From: Anaerohalosphaeraceae bacterium
Lineage (GTDB): Bacteria > Planctomycetota > Phycisphaerae > Sedimentisphaerales > Anaerohalosphaeraceae
Direction of reading: 5' to 3'
DNA length: 64,000 bases
NCBI GenBank assembly: GCA_963675525.2
Contig: CAXXSL010000016.1
Coordinates: forward strand, 288,001 to 352,000
Shown here in pieces: positions 1 to 10,785 of the stretch. The notes beneath the pieces were generated by a model. That model ran no database searches and had not been told where the DNA came from. It worked only from the letters and a program-made list of their open reading frames with translations. Position numbers and translations under genes: made by a program. Each line of letters starts with the position of its first letter. Within the stretch, counting starts at the first letter, position 1.

Positions 1-2034
1 GTAGTTGTAAACTCTCAGGTTGTCTACTACACTTCCCAACAATTCAGATAAGACCACACGATCACCACTGCGTCCTGCGCCTAACAGGACACCTCGCTGC
101 CACGGGAGATAACCATCCGGTACCCCGCCCGCGACAGAAGCAACCTGTTGACCGTCAACATACACACTCAAGGTTCCGCCGGCACTCCAGGTCGAAGCAA
201 CCAGATGCCAGGCGCCATCGAACATATCCCATGCCGGACGGCCAGGCCGACCTTGAGCCGTTCCGATTTCCGTATAGACAGCACTGTCACCGCGGACGAT
301 CATTCGCGTATCGGCTGTTTCGGAATTTGCCGCCAAACTGAGCAGGCATCCGGTTGTTGCCCCATCGTTAAAGTTGGCCAGAATGCCACCGGTTGTCGTT
401 GGTTTGACCCAGCAGATGACCGTACCTTCGTCCAAACCGCGTCCGAGGCCGTTTGTCAAATCACTGGCCTTGGGATATCCTGCCGTACCGAAATCAACAT
501 ACTGGTTGGGATCGATCTGCACAGCATGTCCAGCCACAGCGTCGATACCTTCGACAAATGTGAGTGTTACATTGGATGCCAATAACGAATTAGGTTCCGC
601 CAATCCGTCCAATGATTTGCCCTGCCCCGTCGGAGCATCTGCCGCACTACCGACTGCAGAGGAAAGGGTTCCGTCTAAGTCATACTGAGCCAACAGCTGA
701 TTAATAATCAGAGATGCCGTGTTAGATGTTACCAGAGGTGTTCCGTTATCGATCGTACAGTAATAACTGCCCTCATCAGACAGTGATGGACTAAGAATTT
801 CCAATGCTGCAACATAGTTGCCGTTACCGTCATCCGTTAAATAAATGTTATAATCAGTATCATCGGCCAGCGGAGTAGCGACCCCGCTCTTGTACCAATC
901 AACTGTGGCTGTGCTAATGCTGGTAAATTCGCAGGCAAACACCACATTCGGTTCTGTATCGAAAACACGGGAATCTGCGGGCTGTTGCATAATAACCGGA
1001 ACCGAGGTCAGTGAACCAAACACCCAGGTCGGACCAATGACGTTATTCGGGTCAACATCGCTCAACGTACTTAATCCTACAGTGAACGACTGTGTGTATC
1101 CGTTCATTGCTTCTACTACAGCCCAGTAATAAGTACTATCATAAGGCAAGTCTTGAACAATGAACGAAGAATTCGGATCTGCAGTGCCGGGGTCACCTGT
1201 TGCTCCGGCATAGTACAGGTTTGGATCAGTCCCAGAACCATCGGACATAAAGACATACTCATCCACAATATCAGGATTGACGGCATAGCCGGTAATGTCT
1301 TCATTTGGATCAGCGGCGGCTTTCCAATTGAGAGTTACATCAACACCGGTGATATCCTGTACCTGCTGCACAGAAGGAGCATATGGTAAGTAGGAATCCC
1401 ACTTACCGCCCACCATCGCCAGATTGTCCAGATCGCCGAGGACACCGGCAGCGCGAACATCCGCATAGAAACCGACCACGGTGGCTGCATTCGGAGTTGT
1501 GGGCGTTCGGGTGACGAGAACAGTGCGAACTCCACCCTCGTAATAGCCGGCCTCAAATGTATTGGTATCAGTACGCGTGATAAACAGCTTTTCATAAGCA
1601 GGACTAACCCAACCGACCTGTCCATATTCACTCGTTCCATCAAAGCCTCGCGAGAAAACCTCCCCGCTTGAACGTCCATACATAGCAATATAATCCTGGC
1701 GAACACCCGTCTGCGGTGCGGTTCCGCCCACATAGACCCCAAGGTCCTGAGAAACCAGATTATGGACGAGTTTTATTTGAACTTCTTCACCTACACCAAG
1801 GGTCAAGCCACTTTTTATCATCGCATACTGCTCAATACCGTCATACGTAGTAGTATTGAGTTGCAGGACTCCGCCTGAGACCTGCCAGGCAGCAGAGTTA
1901 GAACCGCCTCCATTTGCATCCAAGATAACTGTGCTCGTCCATGTGCTTAAACCGCCTGAAAAGTCATCGATAATCACGGCCTGAGCACTCACACTAATCA
2001 TACAAATTAATAAAACCGTCAAACACTTTTTCAT
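1..2034 (-). CDS. Secreted multidomain protein (signal peptide, Ig-like domain, C-terminal LamG-like jelly-roll); runs off the window start
   Basis: Not in the ORF track because it has no stop in the window. Manual translation from ATG at 2034 with AGGAGGT SD gives MKKCLTVLLICMISVSAQA..., an Ig-like DEGSYYCTIDN motif and LamG-like GTVICWVKP...WHLVASTW...VYVDG...VDNLRVYNY. Confidence 0.85.
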   Translation of the reverse strand, partial: MKKCLTVLLICMISVSAQAVIIDDFSGGLSTWTSTVILDANGGGSNSAAWQVSGGVLQLNTTTYDGIEQYAMIKSGLTLGVGEEVQIKLVHNLVSQDLGVYVGGTAPQTGVRQDYIAMYGRSSGEVFSRGFDGTSEYGQVGWVSPAYEKLFITRTDTNTFEAGYYEGGVRTVLVTRTPTTPNAATVVGFYADVRAAGVLGDLDNLAMVGGKWDSYLPYAPSVQQVQDITGVDVTLNWKAAADPNEDITGYAVNPDIVDEYVFMSDGSGTDPNLYYAGATGDPGTADPNSSFIVQDLPYDSTYYWAVVEAMNGYTQSFTVGLSTLSDVDPNNVIGPTWVFGSLTSVPVIMQQPADSRVFDTEPNVVFACEFTSISTATVDWYKSGVATPLADDTDYNIYLTDDGNGNYVAALEILSPSLSDEGSYYCTIDNGTPLVTSNTASLIINQLLAQYDLDGTLSSAVGSAADAPTGQGKSLDGLAEPNSLLASNVTLTFVEGIDAVAGHAVQIDPNQYVDFGTAGYPKASDLTNGLGRGLDEGTVICWVKPTTTGGILANFNDGATTGCLLSLAANSETADTRMIVRGDSAVYTEIGTAQGRPGRPAWDMFDGAWHLVASTWSAGGTLSVYVDGQQVASVAGGVPDGYLPWQRGVLLGAGRSGDRVVLSELLGSVVDNLRVYNY

Positions 2035-2492
2035 AGCAGAACCTCCTAAAAAAATTAATTTATAAATTTGTGAATACCTGTATCAACTTGCTTTTGAGGA
2101 ATTCAGCCATAAACATAAAATAGATATTACTTCCTTAACCCGCACTTGACTGACATTCACCTCGTCAGACACATGTGGGCCGCTTAAAGTTGGACGCAGA
2201 CCTATATCCATATAGACTCCACATCCCGGTTAAATGCTGAAAATGCGCCTCAAAAACATTTTGCCTACAGGTCTATTCAAAACCCGGAAGATTTAACATG
2301 TTTTCGGAATTGTATTCTCCCCCGTTTCTATGTAGAATTGATTCGTACATAGACGGTGGGCGCAAAACAGGCCCCATGTTTATGCAGGTGAGCCGGTTAA
2401 GTTCGGCTAAAACTACAGGCCGGCTCATCTTTGACTGCAGATTCAATTATCTATTTCATTTCAAAGAACATTAACTGATTGCCCCGTTGCTA

Positions 2493-4172
2493 TTATTGAA
2501 CAACCAAAATCGGTTCGCCAAATACGAACCAGTCGAGTTTATTGTCGTCACGACCGCAACTGACAACCAGCGTCATAAATCGCGGATTATTTTTTTGCAG
2601 ATCAATTTCAATGGGTACGGCATTATTTTGAACATGGGCGAACACATGGCGATAAACCTGGGTCCCATCCAGAAAGACATAAACCTCCGCCGTCATTTCA
2701 GGATTAACATTACCTGCCAGCCTCGATTCATTGAGACCGCACAATGTTTTGAATGACACGAAGTCTATTCCGGGGACACTCTCCCGAATCTTGTTAAGAT
2801 CAAAGGTAATTCCACAAGTGGCATGCATTGAAATTGCGGAACGACCATTGACGCCATATGTCGTGCCGTTCAAGACAAATGGATAATTCTCATTATGCGT
2901 CCGGGTCTGGATAAGCCATCTGGTCCCTCCCAAAAGTTCAGGAAAATCCGAAATCGTTAAGCCGGTCGTAGTGATTGGCAAAACACCACCTTCCTGACTG
3001 GGAACAATGACGCAATCAACACCGGGTAAATCTTCCACCTTGCGCAGAAAAGATTGTATTTGGTTATAGTTATCCTGACCGTTGCGGTTGGGCATCGATC
3101 CATAGGGGCCAACATGGCCGGTGGCCGGATCAATGCAAGTTCCTGCAGGATCTGCCCCAAAACCGTTCCCTCCGCCGACGATATCGGCCAGGTTAATGTC
3201 TTGTCCCCGCCAAATGAAATGGTCTTGCGAATCTATTTGCCGGGCAAAAACATCTTCCTTTAAATCGATATCCTGGACCGTTCCTTCCCGGGTGACTCTT
3301 CTGGCCTGGCCCTGATGAATTTCGCTTTGTTTTTTGGAACGGTCGGCCGCACCTGCGATCAACACCGTCCGGCCCTTAACCACATGCAGTTCCGTCTCGT
3401 CCAAGTCCGCTTCGATTCCGAATTCGGTCCCCAAATCAACGACTTTCGAGTGCGACGTACTGACCGAAAAACCAATCCCCTGTTGCGAGACGCTGGCATA
3501 CATGCGGCCGTAAGGCAGGGATAGATCGGCTTCTTTCGTAAATTCAAATTCGGCAGGTCCCTCAATGGTCAATGTCACGCCACGGTCCGTTTCTATCTGA
3601 ATGATGCCTTTTGACAAACTCAACGGTTCATGACCCGTAAGTAGGCGTTCGCCCTTCTGTAAAGACATCGTGGAATCGGCCCACCTGACATCAACCATAT
3701 CCAAAAGCGTAGCCACTTCGACGCTGGGATCAGGTGTTGTCACCTGGATAAAAATGACAAAAAACAGAATCGCCGCCGCCGAAACCAGCACGGTGAAGAG
3801 ATGTGACCGGTTCAGTCTCGAATGAGCGATGGGAACCTCAGTCATTCTTTTTCCAACGGGAGCATGGGGAATATCGACAGGAGCAGCCACTTCGATTTTC
3901 GGTGCGTTCTTTTCGAATTCCGAAAGTGCTTTCCACAGGGCCTTGTCAAATTCGGAATCCTCAAGACCGGTATCTTCGCGGTCAATCTGACCTTTAACGA
4001 GTGACTGGATAATCGCGTAATCTCTGAGAAATGAACAATACTTTTCGACCGCCTTCGGGTCTTCTTTCAGCCAGCGATTGAGGCATTCAATCTCTTGATC
4101 GGACAGGTCGTTCTCCATGAGACGGACCAGTAAAACTTCAATCGTATTATGACTATTCTTGCCTGCACTCAT
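2493..4172 (-). CDS. FecR-family anti-sigma factor with TM helix and C-terminal NPCBM/NEW2-like domain
   Basis: FecR motif VVDLGTEFG...ELHVVKG, a TM segment, C-terminal SMHATCGITFDL; ATG at 4172 overlaps the ECF stop (ATGA). Confidence 0.85.
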   Translation of the reverse strand: MSAGKNSHNTIEVLLVRLMENDLSDQEIECLNRWLKEDPKAVEKYCSFLRDYAIIQSLVKGQIDREDTGLEDSEFDKALWKALSEFEKNAPKIEVAAPVDIPHAPVGKRMTEVPIAHSRLNRSHLFTVLVSAAAILFFVIFIQVTTPDPSVEVATLLDMVDVRWADSTMSLQKGERLLTGHEPLSLSKGIIQIETDRGVTLTIEGPAEFEFTKEADLSLPYGRMYASVSQQGIGFSVSTSHSKVVDLGTEFGIEADLDETELHVVKGRTVLIAGAADRSKKQSEIHQGQARRVTREGTVQDIDLKEDVFARQIDSQDHFIWRGQDINLADIVGGGNGFGADPAGTCIDPATGHVGPYGSMPNRNGQDNYNQIQSFLRKVEDLPGVDCVIVPSQEGGVLPITTTGLTISDFPELLGGTRWLIQTRTHNENYPFVLNGTTYGVNGRSAISMHATCGITFDLNKIRESVPGIDFVSFKTLCGLNESRLAGNVNPEMTAEVYVFLDGTQVYRHVFAHVQNNAVPIEIDLQKNNPRFMTLVVSCGRDDNKLDWFVFGEPILVVQ

Positions 4173-4699
4173 GTCAAATTCCCCTGGTAGGACAAACGTC
4201 GAGTGACACAAGTCCGAAGAAGGTTAATAATACGAGAAAAACTCTGGCAGATTCCGCTGGCAGACCGCCCGGTAATTTTTGAAATGCGATTCAAAGGAAT
4301 GTTCTTTTTATATCTCATCGACAGCAGTTTTTTGTCTTTCTCTGGAAGTTTTTCCAAGCACACCTTGACGGCCTGAAGACGTTCGGAAATATTTTCCGTG
4401 GAATGTTCGGCCTCATTTGAGATCAAATCGTAATAATCCTCTTTCAAAATCATTCTGCTCTTCTTATTTCTTTTCAAAAACTCAAGGGCTTTGTAACGTG
4501 CAATGGTAACAGCCCATGCACCAAAGTTTGTGCCCTCCTCAAACTCGTCAAACTTTTCCCACATGGTGGATGCTGCTTCCTGTAAAATATCTTCAGCATC
4601 GGCTTGATTGTGGATAACCATAAGCAAGAATGAATACAGACGGAGATGGACACTGTCATATAAACTGAAAAAAAGTTTGCTGTTGGGTTTATTCTCCAT
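4169..4699 (-). CDS. ECF-subfamily sigma-70 factor
   Basis: DAEDILQE...W...F..WA..IARY region 2 and a region 4 HTH; translationally coupled to the anti-sigma. Confidence 0.92.
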   Translation of the reverse strand: MENKPNSKLFFSLYDSVHLRLYSFLLMVIHNQADAEDILQEAASTMWEKFDEFEEGTNFGAWAVTIARYKALEFLKRNKKSRMILKEDYYDLISNEAEHSTENISERLQAVKVCLEKLPEKDKKLLSMRYKKNIPLNRISKITGRSASGICQSFSRIINLLRTCVTRRLSYQGNLT

Positions 4700-5176
4700 T
4701 ATTTCCACCGATACTTAAACTTGTATCTTACGCTCAATATGTACTTCTATATGGCTCTTTTATTCGAATGTTTAGGCAAAAAACTGCACTAATTTTAAAT
4801 TTATTTAATCAATTCTAGATCTATTTTGTCCGATGAAGGCTCGTCCCCTTCTGTTTCTTCTTCTATCATACAGACCGTAATCATACAAAGTACCCGCAGC
4901 AAACAACAAGTCATCCCAAAACCCTTAAATTTCGTGTTATCAGTACTGTAAATGCAGTTTTGCATCGGTTTTGGGATAGGTTCAAGTTTTTATCAATTTT
5001 AGGAGTCATTCATCTCCCTACGGAGAGGGCTTTGGGATGACTTATAATATTGATAAAATAGTAATTTTTGCGCTCAGGTTTTTTAACTCTAAGAGATACC
5101 CCATATATGCCGAAGGGTATTTTGTAGGAAGAAGCCGTATTGTATCTATTTTTATTTAGTATTCGGGATTTTTTCA

Positions 5177-5719
5177 ATGCAAGAAAAGACAAAAGAAAAG
5201 AGAAATAAAGATACACAATTTCTTGATCTGCTAATGAGGAATCAGAAGCGAATCTATAACTTCATTCTGCTTCTTGTCCCGAATTACTCTGATGCCGATG
5301 ATCTCATGCAGGAAACCGTTTCTGTCATGTGGTCCAAATTTGACAGTTATGAACCCGGTACTCATTTTACGGCCTGGGCCATCAAAATAGCTCGATACAA
5401 GATTTATAATTATCGGAGAAAATCACACCGTCACGCACTCCAGTTCAGTGAAGAAAGCATGGATATGATTATGCAGGCGTCCTCCGCTGTTTTTGAGAGA
5501 AGGCAGGACCGCGTGACGGCTTTGCAGCAGTGTCTTCTTAATTTACCTGAGCATGATCGTAAACTGATTACCCTTCGTTATGAGCGTGATATGCCGTTTA
5601 AGAATATTTCCGAATTAACGGGTCGATCGATTAACGGTTTATATCATACGATGGCACGCATCCACAAGCTACTTCTTCGCTGTGTTCACAAGACACTGGC
5701 TTTGGGAGGTGCTGTCTAA
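5177..5719 (+). CDS. ECF-subfamily sigma-70 factor
   Basis: DADDLMQE...WSKFDSYEPGTHFTAWAIKIARY; paralog of the divergent sigma. Confidence 0.92.
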   Translation: MQEKTKEKRNKDTQFLDLLMRNQKRIYNFILLLVPNYSDADDLMQETVSVMWSKFDSYEPGTHFTAWAIKIARYKIYNYRRKSHRHALQFSEESMDMIMQASSAVFERRQDRVTALQQCLLNLPEHDRKLITLRYERDMPFKNISELTGRSINGLYHTMARIHKLLLRCVHKTLALGGAV

Positions 5720-7438
5720 ATGAATGATCCCAAAAAACAACAGGACTTTTACTATTTAGTTTTACGATGCCTCGAAGGTGTTCTTACGCCTGAAGAGTTT
5801 GCCGAACTGGATAAGATGATCGCATCGGATCCGGAATTGGCGAAACTCTATGTCAATTTAATATCCATCAACTCAGACTTATGTAAGCCGGGTCAGATCG
5901 GCACTTTTCTTCTAAAGGAAAGTGCGCATGATGAACCGTTCGACAGTGACACCATGACGGCCGTCATGGAAGCGATGGCGCAGGATGAGAAAACGGCACC
6001 CGCAAAAGTAGTTGAAATCGAGCACGTTCCTGAAATAATTAAGATTAATAAGGCTGCAGTGTCGCATTCGCCAAGAAAAGTAAACCGGTTTTCTTTGTGT
6101 ACCGCAGTTCTTTCCCTTGCAGCTCTGCTTTTTCTAATGGCTTATATTCATTTTGTTCCGCCCAAATACGCTTCTGAACCAGTAGCGATAATAACCGATA
6201 CGATTGGTGCGCAATGGGCTAATGCTTCCGGTTTTTTGGAAGAGGGCACACACCTTTCAACGTCTCAGGACTCCTTTATTTTAAGCAAAGGTATTGTAAA
6301 ATTTCTTTTTGATAACCAGGCAAGAATTGTTCTTGAGGGCCCGGCGGAGTTCGAGTTGTTGAGAACCGATCAGATGGTTTTGCATTATGGACGTCTTTAT
6401 GCAATCGTACCTCCCGAAGCATTGGGCTTTACGATAACCACTCGGAATTCCAAGATTATTGATTTAGGGACCGAATTTGGTGTTGAAGCGGGTTTAGACA
6501 GTACGACAGAGCTCCACGTTCTGCAGGGCAGGACAACGCTGATCTCCGGTGAAAAGGAAAACAAAAAAACAAGTGTTATGGTTACGGAAGGCGTTGCCAA
6601 AAAGATTTCCGGAGCCGATGCCAGAGTTTCCGATATTCTATGCAATCAAAAGAAGTTTGTCAGGGAAATCAGATCTCGGGATAAGTTTATCTGGAGAGGC
6701 GAAAATCTAAAGTTGGCAAGTATTGTTGCCGGGCGTGATGGTTTTCAGGAAGTGGGCTCGTTAATCGGTCTGAATCCAGCTACCGGCGAATTTACAACAT
6801 CGATTGTCAGGAATGATCGAACCTCTAAAAATATCTATAATCTGGTTCCGGATTCTAAATTTATTGACGGTGTGTTTGTTCCGGATGGCGGGATGGAAGA
6901 GGCCCGCATTCCTGTGACCTCAATGGGGCATACATTTGAATGTTCGAACACTTCAGGATTGTTCACCCATGAAATCGCTGCCTATAAAGGTTCGATTGAA
7001 GGTCAACATACGACCATTCCACCGATCATTTTCAATGGCGAGCGAATTGAAAAGGAGTCTCAGTCAGTCCTCGTACTTCACAGCAACATGGGGATAACCT
7101 TTGATCTTCAGGCAATTCGCGAGTCTACCGGATTGGATATGAAAAACTTTAAAGCCTGGGGCGGCTTAACAGAACAGCTTGGAGATTCCAAAGAGGATCT
7201 GCCGGATGTTGATTTTTGGATTCTGGTTGACGGTCAAATTCGATATGAGAAGAAAAGGCTGAAGATTGAGGATGGAACCATTTCTTTCGATGTCGTTGTC
7301 AGTCCGGAAGATCGTTTTTTGACCCTGGTTGTTACCGATGGGCTTCGAAAAGAAGATGGTAAAAGGGATTTTGCTTACGGCAATGATTTCTTCTTTTTAA
7401 TAGATCCTGAATTGTCTCTGACGGCAAGTACAGAGTGA
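5720..7438 (+). CDS. FecR-family anti-sigma factor with NPCBM/NEW2-like C-terminus
   Basis: IIDLGTEFG...ELHVLQG, TM helix, LHSNMGITFDL; starts immediately after the sigma stop. Confidence 0.85.
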   Translation: MNDPKKQQDFYYLVLRCLEGVLTPEEFAELDKMIASDPELAKLYVNLISINSDLCKPGQIGTFLLKESAHDEPFDSDTMTAVMEAMAQDEKTAPAKVVEIEHVPEIIKINKAAVSHSPRKVNRFSLCTAVLSLAALLFLMAYIHFVPPKYASEPVAIITDTIGAQWANASGFLEEGTHLSTSQDSFILSKGIVKFLFDNQARIVLEGPAEFELLRTDQMVLHYGRLYAIVPPEALGFTITTRNSKIIDLGTEFGVEAGLDSTTELHVLQGRTTLISGEKENKKTSVMVTEGVAKKISGADARVSDILCNQKKFVREIRSRDKFIWRGENLKLASIVAGRDGFQEVGSLIGLNPATGEFTTSIVRNDRTSKNIYNLVPDSKFIDGVFVPDGGMEEARIPVTSMGHTFECSNTSGLFTHEIAAYKGSIEGQHTTIPPIIFNGERIEKESQSVLVLHSNMGITFDLQAIRESTGLDMKNFKAWGGLTEQLGDSKEDLPDVDFWILVDGQIRYEKKRLKIEDGTISFDVVVSPEDRFLTLVVTDGLRKEDGKRDFAYGNDFFFLIDPELSLTASTE

Positions 7439-7452
7439 TAGTCTATAAGTTA

Positions 7453-7485
7453 TGAAGTGTGTGAAGTGTGTGAAGTGAGCGTGAA
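7453..7485 (+). repeat. Short tandem repeat (TGAAGTGTG) about 3 copies upstream of the PEP-CTERM gene
   Basis: tgaagtgtg tgaagtgtg tgaagtgag cgtgaa. Confidence 0.6.
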
Positions 7486-7541
7486 TTTAATGTGTGTTAA
7501 AACGTTTTAACTAAGTGTAATTTTTTTGGAGGTAAGGAAAG

Positions 7542-8222
7542 ATGAAAAGATTAGTAGGAATTTTGTGTATCATGTGTGTGTTTGTAATGGTACAAAGCGC
7601 TATGGCAGTAGTTGTCTTCACCGATGACTTCGAGAGCGGCACTGACAATGACGCTCCGCCGACCGGCTGGACCGACAACACTCCCACCAGTTTCTGGGTG
7701 GGGATAGTGGACGAGACAGGTAATCCGACCGCGGAAGAATGGATTCCTGAGCTGGGAGTTAATATCCTCACAACCGCACGTCAGTCTGCCGGAGCCGCAG
7801 ACCAACCGGTAAACGGCCAGCTGATTCAGGTGGTGGACTTGTCGGCGTTCGCAATCGACATCGATAATGGCGACCAGACTCTGAACGTCAATTTTCTCTA
7901 CGCCAGCGACGATTACCGCGATACCGGGGCCTTCAGCCTGCGTTTTTTCGACGCATTGGACGCCGAACTCGGCTCCGGCTACAGCGTAGCTCTGGATGAT
8001 GCCAGTAATGGCGATTGGTCATTTACGGGCTGGCTGGACACAACGGTTGGCGGCCTGGTGCCTGTTAACACCCGCAGCGTCATGCTGCAGATCGACACCA
8101 CGCGTACGGGTGGCTCGGAAACCAACATCTGGATCGACAATATCACCGGTAACATGGTTCCGGAACCGGCAACGATGATGCTTCTGGGACTGGGTGCTCT
8201 TGTTTTAAGACGTCGAAAATAA
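7542..8222 (+). CDS. PEP-CTERM sorting-domain protein with a jelly-roll carbohydrate-binding-like domain
   Basis: Signal peptide; ends VPEPATMMLLGLGALVLRRRK; GGAGG SD. Confidence 0.93.
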   Translation: MKRLVGILCIMCVFVMVQSAMAVVVFTDDFESGTDNDAPPTGWTDNTPTSFWVGIVDETGNPTAEEWIPELGVNILTTARQSAGAADQPVNGQLIQVVDLSAFAIDIDNGDQTLNVNFLYASDDYRDTGAFSLRFFDALDAELGSGYSVALDDASNGDWSFTGWLDTTVGGLVPVNTRSVMLQIDTTRTGGSETNIWIDNITGNMVPEPATMMLLGLGALVLRRRK

Positions 8223-8248
8223 TAACGGATGATTAAGTAAACTGATTG

Positions 8249-8284
8249 TTATGGGTTCAGATTCTTATGGATCTGAACCCATAA
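8249..8284 (+). other. 14-bp perfect stem-loop after the PEP-CTERM gene (RNA stabilising/processing hairpin or weak terminator)
   Basis: ttatgggttcagat-N8-atctgaacccataa with no U-tract. Confidence 0.6.
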
Positions 8285-8412
8285 TGTGGAAACCCGCTTT
8301 TATGTTACGGTTGTTTACCGTGGGTAGATTATTCAAAGGATTTATTTTATTGTATTGCGGCAGTAAGGAAAAAGAAACGAATCAAATATCACTTTTATGC
8401 GGAGGTGTCATT

Positions 8413-10587
8413 ATGAAAAAATGTGTATTTTTAATTTTAACGGTTGCACTGCTGGGTATTTCAGGCAATACCCGGGCGGGGTTGCCGGTGACCAGCGGTT
8501 TGGTGATGCACCTGGATGCAGATACGATCGGTGCCGCAAACGGTGACCCGATTGCGACATGGTCGGACCTGTCCAGTGCAGGCAACGATGCGACACAGCC
8601 AACAGCAGCCAACCAGCCGGTTTATGTGGCTTCCAATCCTTCGTTTAACGGGCGGGCGGCCGTTAGCTTTGATGGGACGGACGACTGGATGGAACTGCCT
8701 TCGACGACGATCAATGTAGGATCTTTTACGATGTTTGCATTGGCCCAATATTCCGATATCAGCGTTGCCAACGGCAATCAGTATATCGTTAATGGTCAGG
8801 ATGGCGGCGGCAACGACCGTATCCGTTTCCAATTGGATACGACAATTACCGGGATACCGGTTCAGTTCTTATGGCGTGTGGGTGATTCTGCGTGGCAAGG
8901 TATTATGACCGATGCTGATCTGGACGTTCATGTATTTGGTGAGACTTCAACTGCCGAAGGTTTTCTGGATGGCGTCAGTGTTGCGACATCTCCGAACACT
9001 TCGGTTGAGAATCCGACTGCGTTTAATATTGGTTCGTACAATCGCGGCCAGAAGGATTTCTTTGGCGGTCAACTCGTGGAACTGGTCATCTATGACCATG
9101 TACTGACAGCACAGGAAATTGAAAGCGTGAGTGCTTATCTGTTGGCCAAGACACCCGATGGAGCATCTAATCCGGATCCGTCTATTAATGAGCCACTCGT
9201 GGAAGTGGATCTTTCGTTGCGTGATGTGCCGGGAGCGCTTTCGTGGACCGCACCGGACGGCTACACCGGTGCTACCTATGACGTCTATTTTGGCACAACC
9301 GAGCCGAACTTCAACAATCCGGCCCCTTACGGTCTGACCCTAATCGGCACAGCTGGTCAATCAGCTACAAGTGTGGCTCCGACCGCCTTCTTGCCGCTGG
9401 GTTTTGAGACCCCCTATTATTGGGTGGTGGACACCTATGAGCCGAATGCTCTTAATCCGCTTGACCTGACGCTTCATCAGGGCGCCAAGTGGTGGTTTAC
9501 GACGGCCCCGGATGATTTTGCTCCGGTTGTGACCGCCGGCAGCAGCTATATCACCTGGCTGGCTAATCTGCCCCAGGGCATCGACGGCATCGTGGATGAT
9601 AAAGGCGAACTCGATATAGTAGATGCAGATGTTCAGTGGTCAGTTATAAACCATCCCGGTATTCCGGTACCGGCAGCTATGCAGATGTATGATCGTGGTG
9701 TTACGGCCAATATATTAGAGTTGGAGGCCTTGGGCGCAGATCCCAATGTCCTGAGAGATTGGATCGGGACGGATGCCCGAGTAGTGGGTGATCCGATGAT
9801 CCTGACTCTCAGTGGTCTTCCGCTCGGCAGCTATGCCTGGACATCGACACATCATGATGTTGGTGACCAGACGGGGCTTGTTGGTGTGACCGTTGACGGC
9901 GTCTCTGCCGGAACCATTGATATCTCGGACAGCAACGATTATCCAATCGAAACATTCTCCACGACGATTACGTCCGATGGTGTGAATCCCGTCGAACTGG
10001 TCTTTAGTTTGCTGCCGCAGGATCAGCAGCCGGATGTTGGCAACACTGACAGTACGTCGTTTTTTGTGATGAATGGTTTTGAACTGACCGGTACGGTCGG
10101 TACGCTAAAGGTTGATTTCAGCCAAACGGCCACAGCACCAGATCCTAACAGGGTTGGTTATGGCTATGAAGCCTATCTCGCTTCTCATGAAGTCGCGGAT
10201 ACCTTTACCGCACAGGACTTTGCGATGGGTACTGCCACAGTGACGGTTCTCCCGGAATGGGGTTTAGAAGCGGCCGGCTTAATCAATTACAGCCTCACCA
10301 AGACCTCGACGAATCCACTGGCTCCAACGGCTACCTTCACGACCGATGTTAGGGGTGATTACACGATTCAGCTGACCGCGACCGATGCTGCCGCCCAGAC
10401 TGATTCGGATACCCTGGTGGTTCGCGTTGCTGAGGATGCTTGCCAGGCGGCCCTCTGGAACGGTGCGACCTTGAACAGCTACGATGACCTTGGCAACCAG
10501 AACTGTGTGGTTGATCTGCCTGACTTGGCGGCCCTTGCTCTGGAATGGCTGGATAATGTCAGTCTAACGGCAACCGTAACCTATTAA
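8413..10587 (+). CDS. Secreted LamG-like jelly-roll multidomain protein with C-terminal dockerin-like motif
   Basis: GGAGG SD and ATG at 8413 (MKKCVFLILTVALLG); GLVMHLDA...W.DLS..GN.ATQ LamG-type module; C-terminal NCVVDLPDLAALALEWL. Confidence 0.85.
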   Translation: MKKCVFLILTVALLGISGNTRAGLPVTSGLVMHLDADTIGAANGDPIATWSDLSSAGNDATQPTAANQPVYVASNPSFNGRAAVSFDGTDDWMELPSTTINVGSFTMFALAQYSDISVANGNQYIVNGQDGGGNDRIRFQLDTTITGIPVQFLWRVGDSAWQGIMTDADLDVHVFGETSTAEGFLDGVSVATSPNTSVENPTAFNIGSYNRGQKDFFGGQLVELVIYDHVLTAQEIESVSAYLLAKTPDGASNPDPSINEPLVEVDLSLRDVPGALSWTAPDGYTGATYDVYFGTTEPNFNNPAPYGLTLIGTAGQSATSVAPTAFLPLGFETPYYWVVDTYEPNALNPLDLTLHQGAKWWFTTAPDDFAPVVTAGSSYITWLANLPQGIDGIVDDKGELDIVDADVQWSVINHPGIPVPAAMQMYDRGVTANILELEALGADPNVLRDWIGTDARVVGDPMILTLSGLPLGSYAWTSTHHDVGDQTGLVGVTVDGVSAGTIDISDSNDYPIETFSTTITSDGVNPVELVFSLLPQDQQPDVGNTDSTSFFVMNGFELTGTVGTLKVDFSQTATAPDPNRVGYGYEAYLASHEVADTFTAQDFAMGTATVTVLPEWGLEAAGLINYSLTKTSTNPLAPTATFTTDVRGDYTIQLTATDAAAQTDSDTLVVRVAEDACQAALWNGATLNSYDDLGNQNCVVDLPDLAALALEWLDNVSLTATVTY

Positions 10588-10670
10588 GATAACTAAGGCA
10601 GCATTGTTGGATAGCAATGTACATCCAATTGTTATGTAAATGTTGCCACTAACGCATTACAGTGTGAATC

Positions 10671-10710
10671 TATAGCCTGGGGAAGAGAGAATTTCCCCAG
10701 GTTATATTTT
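10671..10710 (+). terminator. Intrinsic terminator
   Basis: tatagcctggggaa-N8-ttccccaggttata followed by tttt. Confidence 0.65.
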
Positions 10711-10785
10711 GATGTTGAACAATTAATAAGATTATAAATCTTGATTTGATTATAGCCGGTTAGCATGCAAGGAAAAAATGTGATT

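Noticed and set aside
148..1742. Short ORFs in the track at the window start
   Set aside because: They are shadows of the real minus-strand gene 1-2034
2355..2410. c-di-GMP-I riboswitch-like words (gggcgcaaaac...agccggtt)
   Set aside because: The GGCAAA-GAAA P2 stem is missing, and the orientation is opposite to the downstream gene
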